From positions 11,988 through 75,987 of IMG/VR virus record IMGVR_UViG_3300022748_000017: a stretch of 64,000 nt of DNA; one strand, given 5' to 3'. The DNA is from a virus. A program made the position numbers and the translations under genes. Shown here in pieces: positions 8,634-16,932 of the stretch (its first letter is position 1; the number at the start of each line of letters is the position of its first letter). A model generated the notes under the pieces. The model searched no databases, was not told where the DNA came from, and saw only the letters and a list, made by a program, of their open reading frames with translations.

Positions 8634-10031
8634 TCAAGTCTTCCCGATATTCATTTTCTTGGTCTGATTTCCACCACCACCGCCTGTATCCTGCTTACTG
8701 CTGCCGGGAGTTGGTTCGGCTGCTTTGGCATCTTTGACCAGTTCATCAGCACCTTCTTTGTTCGCCATGCCCATGTATTCACGGGCTTCGTTCGGTGTCA
8801 TGATGCCATTAGTCACGCCAGCGGTGACAAAGTTCATCTGATCCAAAGGCGCACCTTTCAGGAAGTCCTTGGTGTCAAATTCGATGCTCAGAGATGGATA
8901 GCCGGGGAACAAGTGATCGGCAAGTTTCTCTTGCGCGTTCACAATGACCGGATACATAGCCGATTTATAAAACTCGTCCATTGCAGTCTGGCTGTTATTG
9001 AATTTGCCGTCATGGATGCCAATCATGGAAGGTGGTACGCCAAACAGACCGCAGATTCGGCGCATTGTCTGGAGTTTCAGGGCAGCAGCATCAGCATCTT
9101 GGAGCGTCAGCATCTCCAACTTCTGGTACTTCATGCCTTGGTCCAGCAACATGCCTTGACCGGGCTTGGATGGATCAGATTGGCGAGAACCAACCATGTT
9201 GCTCCAAGCCTCTTTCAGACGAGCAGCAATCTCCTTGTACTTGCCATCAGGAATGACCGTATCTGTCACAAACATGCCAGAAGGTTTTGCACCATTTTGC
9301 ATGACGTAGTTGGCATACAGGTCGATGTCCTGATCCAAGCCACACAGTTCAGCCATCAACACGCCTTTGTTGAAGCCAGCCGAACCTTGCCATGCCATCT
9401 CTTTGCAGTGCATGACCTGATGCGCTTTCAGAGGCTGGTCTTTGCTGAAACCATAGGAAGGAGTCGAAAGACGATAGCTCGGATAGCGGGTAGGTGTAAT
9501 CGTGACTGCAATCAAAGTTGAGTCAAGAATGTACATCTCCAAAGGAGTCTGAGTCGAACTCTCTTGGTCTTTCCTCCACCACAGAGTAAAGGCTTCGCCA
9601 GACAGTTCGTACCACATCAGCCATTGATACCAGAACTCATAGCGAGACTGGAAATTGTTTGGCTTGTTCAGGAGCTTGGCAACTTGCTTGGCTTTCGTCT
9701 TGTCACGATCACCAACAATCTTGCTTTTGACAGCATCAACGTAATCGCCTTCCTCTGTCTCGTACATGACACGGATAGGCAACTGCGCCAAAGCCCGAGC
9801 TTTAATCGCCACACAGGACATGATCGTGCTGTTTCGAGCCAGCATCGACATATCCACAGGCCGACCAGCATTGGTCGTGCTTGCTGTGGTTACATACAGG
9901 ATTTGGGTATTAACTGTCGGGTTTTTGTTGTCGCCTTGATAAACAATGTTGTTACCAAGAGCCGTCTGACCGAACATTGAGTTCGATTCATCAACCTGTT
10001 TTTTACCCTTGAAAATGTCCAAAAGTCCCAT
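8634..10031 (-). CDS. Portal protein, HK97 family, copy A
   Basis: LLNKPNNFQS, NGAKPSG, ICGLFGVPPSMIG, GIMTPNEAR. Confidence 0.95.
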   Translation of the reverse strand: MGLLDIFKGKKQVDESNSMFGQTALGNNIVYQGDNKNPTVNTQILYVTTASTTNAGRPVDMSMLARNSTIMSCVAIKARALAQLPIRVMYETEEGDYVDAVKSKIVGDRDKTKAKQVAKLLNKPNNFQSRYEFWYQWLMWYELSGEAFTLWWRKDQESSTQTPLEMYILDSTLIAVTITPTRYPSYRLSTPSYGFSKDQPLKAHQVMHCKEMAWQGSAGFNKGVLMAELCGLDQDIDLYANYVMQNGAKPSGMFVTDTVIPDGKYKEIAARLKEAWSNMVGSRQSDPSKPGQGMLLDQGMKYQKLEMLTLQDADAAALKLQTMRRICGLFGVPPSMIGIHDGKFNNSQTAMDEFYKSAMYPVIVNAQEKLADHLFPGYPSLSIEFDTKDFLKGAPLDQMNFVTAGVTNGIMTPNEAREYMGMANKEGADELVKDAKAAEPTPGSSKQDTGGGGGNQTKKMNIGKT

Positions 10032-10055
10032 GATTAGCTCCTATTTGACGACATA

Positions 10056-11735
10056 TTACCATTCAAATGAACGGAATCCAAATGAATCGCTCACAAATAC
10101 GTTATCCAAATGGCAGTGCATCGCCATAATCATGGCAATAATACCGTCAACTTTGGCAGATGGGTCTGCTTCGTTCTTTCTGACCTTCACGTTTCCGTTG
10201 ACATCAATGTAAACCTCGCAATTTCCTAGCTGCCAACCAACAAAAGGATTGCCATCATGCTTAATGGCTTTCTTCAGAATCAATTGCTCGGTTGTTTTAG
10301 ACGGGTTTGATAGAACCGCCATACCCTGACCGACCTTTTTAACAGGTAAACCGTCAGCATAAAGATTGGCGACAAGAGCCGCAGCGTTATAGGGATCGTA
10401 TCCAATTTCTTTGACTTCATATTTCTCACACTGTTGCTTGATGAACGATTCAATCTCATTCAAGTCAGTCACGTTACCCGGTGTGAGCCTCAAAATGCCA
10501 CTTTTGTGAGCCTGTTGGTAGATAGACTTGTAATGGTTCGGCACAAAATCCAATGACTCCTCTGGCAAGAAGAATTGGAACTGCGAATAGAAATCTTCTT
10601 CGCCATATCGGTGCAAAGTAACGACAGCGTTTAAATCTCGCGTGTGCGCCAAGTCAAAACCGATAAATGTTGACTCAGGTTTATCCTGTGGTTTTTCAGC
10701 AACAGACTCATCCCAGAAGCGCCTGTCAACCCATGCGGCATTGGCAGACACATAGATGTTCAATTGTTTGCACAGGAACTCATTCAGGCTGGCTGGCTTG
10801 GCAGATGCCTCTTCAGCCATGTGCTTGATGTGTTCTTTGGTAACTGACACACCTAGCATAGGATTGGCTTTGCCCCAAACTTCAGGATTGCTCCATTCGT
10901 CACCGGGGTCGATGCTGTACAGCAGTCCAAACCACCTGAAATTGTCAGCAGCAGCACCACGCAAAACCGACCGGAAATGGTTCAAATCCTCGTAGAACTT
11001 TGTCTCTTTGGTAAAGCTGGCAGTGGTCAAATACATCCGCAATGGATTCTTACGAGCGCCCATACCAGAGTGCAACACTTCAATACTGGACCGCTCCACA
11101 ATCTGGGCAGCTTCGTCAATCATCGCGACACTAGGGTTTTTACCATCACCGGTTTTTCTGTTCTCACGGGACAGGGCGCGGTAAGTAGAAGTCGAGTCGC
11201 CAGCCTTCTTTAGCTCACTGCGGTAAACAATAAACTTAGCCGCCAGTTCTGCCTTCATGCCTTCGACAATAGCTTTAGACGAATCAAAGCAAATAGACGC
11301 TTGGTCACGGTTGGTAGCCAGAGTAAACACCTCCGCGCCAGCATCGCCAAATTGCAACTCATAAAGCGCAATAATGGACGCTATAGTGGTTTTCCCTGAT
11401 TTGCGTGGAACAAACAAAATGACATCGGTTGTCCACCGAGTGTTCACATCGTTCTTAGCGCGAAAGCCATATATGCCAGCCAGAAACATAATCTGGAACG
11501 GCTCAAGCTCAATTGCTTTGCCAGCATCTGGACCTTTGACATGTCGGCAGAACCTGACAAACTTCAAAATGTGTTCGGCTTTGTCAGCCACAAATTCGTA
11601 GGGCGCATCCTTGCGTTCAGCCATGTCAAGGAATCGCTGGCAAGCCAGTTTGACATCCTCACACGCTGCTATATCCCCACGAACTACACTAATGGCGTAT
11701 TGAAACGCTGATTCAAGCTGTGGCGAATAACTCAT
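10056..11735 (-). CDS. terL: Terminase large subunit, copy A
   Basis: Walker A PRKSGKT, Walker B MIDE, GFDLA, YDPYNA, KVDG. Confidence 0.95.
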   Translation of the reverse strand: MSYSPQLESAFQYAISVVRGDIAACEDVKLACQRFLDMAERKDAPYEFVADKAEHILKFVRFCRHVKGPDAGKAIELEPFQIMFLAGIYGFRAKNDVNTRWTTDVILFVPRKSGKTTIASIIALYELQFGDAGAEVFTLATNRDQASICFDSSKAIVEGMKAELAAKFIVYRSELKKAGDSTSTYRALSRENRKTGDGKNPSVAMIDEAAQIVERSSIEVLHSGMGARKNPLRMYLTTASFTKETKFYEDLNHFRSVLRGAAADNFRWFGLLYSIDPGDEWSNPEVWGKANPMLGVSVTKEHIKHMAEEASAKPASLNEFLCKQLNIYVSANAAWVDRRFWDESVAEKPQDKPESTFIGFDLAHTRDLNAVVTLHRYGEEDFYSQFQFFLPEESLDFVPNHYKSIYQQAHKSGILRLTPGNVTDLNEIESFIKQQCEKYEVKEIGYDPYNAAALVANLYADGLPVKKVGQGMAVLSNPSKTTEQLILKKAIKHDGNPFVGWQLGNCEVYIDVNGNVKVRKNEADPSAKVDGIIAMIMAMHCHLDNVFVSDSFGFRSFEW

Positions 11736-12084
11736 CTACATCACTTACTTTGGCTTTTAACTTTGGACGACCACGGGCAACCAGCCCAAGCTCCGCAAGA
11801 ATCTTCACAGCCTTGTCAGCCATCTCAGTCCGAATCTTGTACCACGGTCCTGTGGCTTCACCAGAGTTGTAATGGAATGTATGCCCTTGCTCACGGATGT
11901 TGATTTCGGCAGTCAGCAAGCTGTCCACAGTAATCACCAATGTGCCAATCAGCAGTTCATCGGATGCCGTGAGTGCGCCAGTCGAGCTTTCAACTTCTGC
12001 GCGAATAGCAGTCTCGAACGCTTCCCTGCTCCATGAGTTGGGGTCGTTCAAGTAGCCAAGAATGTGACGAGGTTTTTTTGCCAT
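11713..12084 (-). CDS. terS: Terminase small subunit (P27-like), copy A
   Basis: Directly upstream of terL; ELGL..RGR C-terminal motif. Confidence 0.7.
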   Translation of the reverse strand: MAKKPRHILGYLNDPNSWSREAFETAIRAEVESSTGALTASDELLIGTLVITVDSLLTAEINIREQGHTFHYNSGEATGPWYKIRTEMADKAVKILAELGLVARGRPKLKAKVSDVDELFATA

Positions 12085-12105
12085 AGGTTTTCTGTCTTAT
12101 AAAGT

Positions 12106-12849
12106 TTAACTTAATAATTTCCATGCTGTTGCAGCACAAAGTGGGACTTGTCCATTACCAATGGCTCTAAGTCTGTCCACCCCAGCGGCCACCCCATCAA
12201 CCATTCGACCCACACCGGGTTCAGCTTCCCACCATTGTTTTGCTCCATATCCCGAACTGCTTGATTGATGGTGTACTGAGCCGGATGTCCCGACTTTCTT
12301 TTGGGAGTCCAATTCGGTTGTGTTCCACGTTGACCGCAACTCGCATCTGGCGTTGGGAACTTTTGCAACAATCCAGATTCTGTCCCTCTGATGGTTTGCT
12401 CCAACGTCCGCTGCTCCCAGCACTCCCCATTTCGCATCAAACCCCATTGCGGCCAAGTCTCCGAGAACGGTTCCAAGTCCCCTAGAAGTGAGCATTGGTG
12501 AGTTCTCCACAAAGACGAATCTGGGTCCCACTTCGTGAATGACCCGTGCCATTTCTCGCCACATTCCGGAACGTTCTCCATCAATTCCTGCGCCTTTTCC
12601 TGACGCTGAAATATCTTGGCATGGAAAGCCTCCCGATACGACATCAACAATTCCTCGCCACGGTTTTCCGTCAAAGGTTTGTACGTCATCCCAGATTGGG
12701 AAAGGCGGGAGAAGTCCGTCATTTTGTCGGGCGCACAATACGCTTGCGGGATAGGGTTCCCATTCAACAGCGCAGACTGTTCGCCATCCAAGGAGTTTTC
12801 CCCCAAGTATTCCTCCACCAGCACCTGCGAAAAGAGCCAACTCATTCAT
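12106..12849 (-). CDS. C5 cytosine DNA methyltransferase, alpha frame (motifs I-VIII and X), copy A
   Basis: FAGAGG, GGFPCQD, FVENS, HQRDRIW, RLRAIGNGQVP. Confidence 0.92.
   Translation of the reverse strand: MNELALFAGAGGGILGGKLLGWRTVCAVEWEPYPASVLCARQNDGLLPPFPIWDDVQTFDGKPWRGIVDVVSGGFPCQDISASGKGAGIDGERSGMWREMARVIHEVGPRFVFVENSPMLTSRGLGTVLGDLAAMGFDAKWGVLGAADVGANHQRDRIWIVAKVPNARCELRSTWNTTELDSQKKVGTSGSVHHQSSSSGYGAKQWWEAEPGVGRMVDGVAAGVDRLRAIGNGQVPLCAATAWKLLS
12111..12845 (-). CDS. Overlapping +1 frame ORF, putative MTase beta subunit (motif IX/TRD-like), copy A
   Basis: 244 codons open in the alternative frame with its own ATG; GKLNPVWVEWLMGWPLGWTD resembles motif IX; conserved in copy B. Confidence 0.7.
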   Translation of the reverse strand: MSWLFSQVLVEEYLGENSLDGEQSALLNGNPIPQAYCAPDKMTDFSRLSQSGMTYKPLTENRGEELLMSYREAFHAKIFQRQEKAQELMENVPECGEKWHGSFTKWDPDSSLWRTHQCSLLGDLEPFSETWPQWGLMRNGECWEQRTLEQTIRGTESGLLQKFPTPDASCGQRGTQPNWTPKRKSGHPAQYTINQAVRDMEQNNGGKLNPVWVEWLMGWPLGWTDLEPLVMDKSHFVLQQHGNY

Positions 12850-12913
12850 ATCCTTCCTTGTCTTGTTTTTGGCAAGCGTAACACAACCGAACCGGTTCGT
12901 ACACCCCCTGCTG

Positions 12914-12934
12914 AATTACGGTTATCCCGTAATT
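12914..12934. other. Inverted repeat in the putative packaging (cos) region, copy A
   Basis: AATTACGG-N5-CCGTAATT in non-coding DNA between the terS/MTase genes and the HNH; analogous IR at 52196-52216. Confidence 0.4.
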
Positions 12935-13106
12935 GACCCCGCGCCTGCTCCTAGCCCAAATTGTGTACTTTAAGTTTCTTTTCCGTGGGTTTTGCATGGA
13001 TGGAGTCACGAATCGAGCCTATTGGCGCTCGATTCCATCATTTTTAGGTGCGAATCGAATAGAAATGAGAAACAAAAGGGCTACAGACTGACAAGATGCG
13101 CCGTTT

Positions 13107-13529
13107 TTACCGGGCCAACATGAGAAACGCATAGTCTTGCGCGGTGTATTCGTTCGCTTTGTCGGTGTAATGGATGAATACCCCGCGTTTTTCTAGCGCT
13201 GACTTGATCCCATGGCATTCAGCATCCAGACTCTGAAACAAATTGCGGGTGAAGGCGTGAACGCCAATTGTTTGCCACGGGAATACATGGTCTACATGGT
13301 TAGCCGCTGTGACTTGTCCCCGCAATAAGCATGATTGACAAAGAGGCTGAATGGATAACTGCCGCTGTCTTATGCTTTCCCATGCGGCAGTTTTATATCT
13401 AGCATTGAACGCTTTACGGTCTATCGTGGGCGCTTTGCTTTGCGTGTGTGCTTCACAGTAGCGAGACCCCTTCACGCTAGGGGCTTTGCATTGGTATTCG
13501 TCACACTGTGCGCGGGGGATTGTGGGCAT
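13107..13529 (-). CDS. Terminase-associated HNH endonuclease (HK97 gp74-like), copy A
   Basis: QPLCQSC...HVDHVFPW...NLFQSL...CH; sits upstream of terS. Confidence 0.85.
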   Translation of the reverse strand: MPTIPRAQCDEYQCKAPSVKGSRYCEAHTQSKAPTIDRKAFNARYKTAAWESIRQRQLSIQPLCQSCLLRGQVTAANHVDHVFPWQTIGVHAFTRNLFQSLDAECHGIKSALEKRGVFIHYTDKANEYTAQDYAFLMLAR

Positions 13530-13562
13530 TTTTTGAGCTACCAGGGGAAAGGGGTTTCAAAG

Positions 13563-13678
13563 TTACTCACAGCATAAATGAAACTATCCACAAAAAACCC
13601 AAAGTTATGCACAGTTTTTCAACTGCAATTTAAGGGTTTATCCTAATCACTTTTTTTTTAATCCACAACTTATCCACA
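13563..13678 (+). promoter_or_regulatory. Array of five DnaA-box-like 9-mers
   Basis: TTACTCACA 13563, CTATCCACA 13584, TTATGCACA 13605, TAATCCACA 13659, TTATCCACA 13670, all in the same orientation. Confidence 0.6.
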
Positions 13679-13735
13679 GAACATTCGACACAATAGAGGG
13701 CACGGCAAACCCGCCGGGATAAAGAAAGGAAAACC

Positions 13736-13882
13736 ATGCAAACACTTTTGGGCTTTTGGTGCTTTCAATGCCCCTCTGTTTACATTACGCGCACCGTAAT
13801 GGTCACTTATGCGGACGATGGTTACGGGGTGTTGATCCCGTCACCGTTTCCCGCCCATGCAATCAACACCGCAAACCAATAA
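13736..13882 (+). CDS. Small hypothetical protein (48 aa), A island
   Basis: AAGGA SD-like sequence then ATG; manual translation MQTLLGFWCFQC... Confidence 0.45.
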   Translation: MQTLLGFWCFQCPSVYITRTVMVTYADDGYGVLIPSPFPAHAINTANQ

Positions 13883-13892
13883 GAGATACACC

Positions 13893-14021
13893 ATGCACCA
13901 TCACACACAAACAATCGCAGACATTGAACGCGAGCAAGCCCCCGGCCTTTGGTCAATCCTTGGCGGGGCTTTCCTTTTCTTGGCCTTTGTCTTGGCAATG
14001 GCTTTTATTCTTTCAATCTAA
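13893..14021 (+). CDS. Small membrane protein (42 aa), A island
   Basis: Manual translation; C-terminal hydrophobic helix LWSILGGAFLFLAFVLAMAFILSI. Confidence 0.55.
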   Translation: MHHHTQTIADIEREQAPGLWSILGGAFLFLAFVLAMAFILSI

Positions 14022-14031
14022 GGGGCTAACC

Positions 14032-14547
14032 ATGAAACAAATACGCGATTTCTCAGACTGCATCGCAAAAATTGTGCTTAACAAAAAAGGCGAACACGTT
14101 GCCACGGTTCAATGGCGCTATGGCTCAGGCGGCGGGGTGCAATGTGACGTATGGTCACGCAAAGTCGGAGAATCTTGGCTTTCTCTTACTCACCAGAAAA
14201 AGGCCGGGGGCTATGGTTATGACAAAGCCGCCGCCGCCCTTGCCGGGGCTGAAATTGAGGGCTACCGCATGGCGGATCATTGCGGCTATGTTGAAGCCGC
14301 CGGGGAAAAGAAACGCGCCGCCCTTTTGAAAGCATACAAACGCCGCGCAAATTCCGGCTTGCCAATGTCCCGCGAGGATCATGCCGCATTTGAGAAAAAG
14401 GCCGAAAAAATTGGATGCCGCTTTGCTAATTGGGGGGCGGTCTGTCTTGCTGAAGGCGGCGAATCCAGTGCATGGCAAAGCCTTCACAATGAAAGCGGTT
14501 TAGGCCGCCTTGAAATGCTTGGTTTTCGCGTTATCAATGCAATTTAA
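14032..14547 (+). CDS. Hypothetical early-type phage protein, A island
   Basis: SD-like AGGGG then ATG at 14032; contains AGGYGYDK. Confidence 0.65.
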   Translation: MKQIRDFSDCIAKIVLNKKGEHVATVQWRYGSGGGVQCDVWSRKVGESWLSLTHQKKAGGYGYDKAAAALAGAEIEGYRMADHCGYVEAAGEKKRAALLKAYKRRANSGLPMSREDHAAFEKKAEKIGCRFANWGAVCLAEGGESSAWQSLHNESGLGRLEMLGFRVINAI

Positions 14548-14556
14548 GGGGAATTC

Positions 14557-14718
14557 ATGATCTACATTCAGCGCAAAGACTCGAACGGCCTAGAAACCGT
14601 TGACGAATTCAGCACGCGCAAAGAGGCCGTTGCAATGGTCAAAGAGTACCGATTGTCAGACCCTTACGCTCAATACTATTTATCAAGCCGCGCGTGCAAA
14701 GCATGGAGAAAAGCATGA
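14557..14718 (+). CDS. Small hypothetical protein (53 aa), A island
   Basis: Manual translation MIYIQRKDSNGLETVDEF...; ATGA overlap with the next gene. Confidence 0.6.
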   Translation: MIYIQRKDSNGLETVDEFSTRKEAVAMVKEYRLSDPYAQYYLSSRACKAWRKA

Positions 14719-14936
14719 AAGACAAATTTAAGAACAAAAGCGGGACACTTACCACTTACGCTTTTGCGTGCGGATACATTGAGACACGGCAAACAGGGGC
14801 AGTTGAAGTGCAACTATTCCGGGACGGGGCTGCGTGGCACGTTATAGCGCGTGACGATAATCGAGGCCGTTTTTTGTGGGAATGTTTTGACTTGCTTACG
14901 CCCGCCCGCGCTTTTTTCAGGAAGGTGAAAGCATGA
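14715..14936 (+). CDS. Hypothetical protein, A island
   Basis: Coupled by ATGA overlaps at both ends. Confidence 0.6.
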   Translation: MKDKFKNKSGTLTTYAFACGYIETRQTGAVEVQLFRDGAAWHVIARDDNRGRFLWECFDLLTPARAFFRKVKA

Positions 14937-15175
14937 AAATCGAGGCTCGATTAGAAAAAAGCGCCGGGGGTTTTTACCCTATAATTTTTTTCTTGGATGA
15001 TGTCTTACACGATAAGACAATTCAAGCCTACACGCCCACAGATGGTCATATGACCGCCTCCCGCGCTTATATGCGGCAGTGTAAAAAGCCAGAAAGCGCG
15101 GAAGAGTACACCGAAATTTTTGATTGTCTTGCCCAGTATTTCTGCCACGCTACACGATACGCTAAAAAGCGTTAA
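14933..15175 (+). CDS. Hypothetical protein, A island
   Basis: Last gene of the coupled operon, followed by terminators. Confidence 0.6.
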   Translation: MKIEARLEKSAGGFYPIIFFLDDVLHDKTIQAYTPTDGHMTASRAYMRQCKKPESAEEYTEIFDCLAQYFCHATRYAKKR

Positions 15176-15200
15176 CGGTTCCCACTGATCCTAAAGTGAG

Positions 15201-15343
15201 AAGCCCTAGGGGGTTTGCACGGTTCGCCGTGTAGATTCCCTAGGGCTTTTTTCTTTGCCCTATCGGTTCCCGCTTACCCGTCAAAAGCGACACGCCCTAG
15301 GGGGCGGCATGGTTGACGCTATGCCACGCCCTAGGGCTTTTTT
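15201..15343 (+). terminator. Two tandem intrinsic terminators
   Basis: Hairpins 15201-15252 and 15294-15343, each closed by GCCCTAGGG/CCCTAGGGC and followed by a T-tract. Confidence 0.7.
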
Positions 15344-15839
15344 CTTGTCTATAGACCGGGAAATCGCCCACGGTGGGACGGGCGGCAGCTTATGCGGTGG
15401 GCTTTATAAATCCCGCCTTAATGCGCTACAGGTTACGGCAGCGCGGCAGCTATACAGGCGGCAGCGGTTGACCAGTAGGCGGCTTTGAAGCGGTGAAAAC
15501 AGGCGGCAGGGCGGGGAAAGCGGCGGCGATATGGTGGGCGGCAAAGCATTGGCAAACAGGCGGCAGGTAGATGGCAGACAGCAGTGCGGCGCTACAGGAT
15601 CAGCGGAAAACGGGCGGGTTCTGTAGTACTTTCGGCAAACAGAACGCCGCCGTTTGTAGTGCCGCCGCCATGCGAACTAGGGTTTACCCCTAGGTTTTCT
15701 GTAAGTTATGTAACGGACGGGCCAGAAAAATGGGTCAGGCCACTACGCATTTTTAAAAAAAAAATTGAAAGGCAAAAAAAAGTCCAGACTGGCTGGACTT
15801 AAAGCCAATTTCTTGGCAGGGAGGAAAACCAACAAGCAA

Positions 15840-16043
15840 TCAATCAGGTTTCTTAAAAAATTCCTGCGGTGTTACGACAGTTTGCTCTTTGCCTATCGCA
15901 AAGTCAACACCAAATTCCAATTTGCTTTCGCCTTTGTAGCCATTGGCGTAAGCAGCCCTAGCTACTGCCAAGGCTTTTGCTTTGCTGTCGAATGGTCCTT
16001 TGCTACCCCAGAACCATCCTGACTGTTTCTTTACAAGTGGCAT
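15840..16043 (-). CDS. Small conserved hypothetical protein, copy A
   Basis: WGSKGPF.SKAKALAVARAAYANGY shared with the 59-aa ORF at 52630-52809. Confidence 0.65.
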   Translation of the reverse strand: MPLVKKQSGWFWGSKGPFDSKAKALAVARAAYANGYKGESKLEFGVDFAIGKEQTVVTPQEFFKKPD

Positions 16044-16441
16044 TACTTCAGACGCTTTAGCTTGAAGATGGTATGGCGGCACAGTTCTGCGATGCTGTCC
16101 ACAAGGTTCTGGACTTCGCTGTCCTGCGGGAAGCCGGGTTGTGTACGCAACGTCTTAACTTGCGTCTGAATGTGCTGCACCAATTCCAGAGGATTTTCCC
16201 CCAGAAAAAGTGCCTCTTTTTTCAAAATTATTTTTGACTCATCTTGGACGATGGCTTCGATCACGCTGTCTGTCAGTTCTGGAAGTTCAGAATAGAACGT
16301 ACCCATTGCTTCATGGGCAGCAAACGAGCCGGGTCCAAGGGTGTTCCAGTGCTGGATGTGTGCGGTAGCTGCGCCAAGCACCAGCATGGATGCAAACTGG
16401 CTGACCACATCGGTCTGTGCTTCTTTGATGGTGAATTTCAT
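16043..16441 (-). CDS. Ferritin/Dps-like four-helix protein (DUF5856-like), copy A
   Basis: AHIQHW...AHEAMG.FY.EL.E..DS.IE pattern; homologue at 52811-53206. Confidence 0.7.
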   Translation of the reverse strand: MKFTIKEAQTDVVSQFASMLVLGAATAHIQHWNTLGPGSFAAHEAMGTFYSELPELTDSVIEAIVQDESKIILKKEALFLGENPLELVQHIQTQVKTLRTQPGFPQDSEVQNLVDSIAELCRHTIFKLKRLK

Positions 16442-16470
16442 GGCGGTTCCTTTTGGCATATTCTACCTTT

Positions 16471-16932
16471 TTAGGATATTTCCAACACATCATGTCCACC
16501 ACTACGGATGTAATCGTGGGTTTTTTGTATATAACGCTCGAATTCTGACCGTGAAATGCTTGATTGCTGAAGGTCAGCATATTCCATGAGTTCGCGGATG
16601 GCTTGGATTCCTTTGCCATCCAGACCAATCTTTTGCGTCTTTTCATAGCGCAATGCGGCTTTATGCAAGGCATCATGGACTTCTTTGCATACGGGCAGTA
16701 CTTCCGGTCCAACACCCTGTTTTCCCATCATTTCAGCTACGTTAAGCAGGTCACATAGTATTTGCCAATCATTGACGTTGCCATGCCCTTTAGTCACAGC
16801 TTCTAATGCGGCAAGTTCACGGAATCGCAACCGATCAAGAACGTCACGGGTTGTGATAGCTGCCCCTGCTATGGCATGAGCAACTGGATTTGTCTGGGTT
16901 GACCAGATTTTTCTGCGGCATTGCTTTCTCAT
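16471..16932 (-). CDS. Conserved phage hypothetical protein, copy A
   Basis: Distant homologue of 53550-54026. Confidence 0.6.
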   Translation of the reverse strand: MRKQCRRKIWSTQTNPVAHAIAGAAITTRDVLDRLRFRELAALEAVTKGHGNVNDWQILCDLLNVAEMMGKQGVGPEVLPVCKEVHDALHKAALRYEKTQKIGLDGKGIQAIRELMEYADLQQSSISRSEFERYIQKTHDYIRSGGHDVLEIS

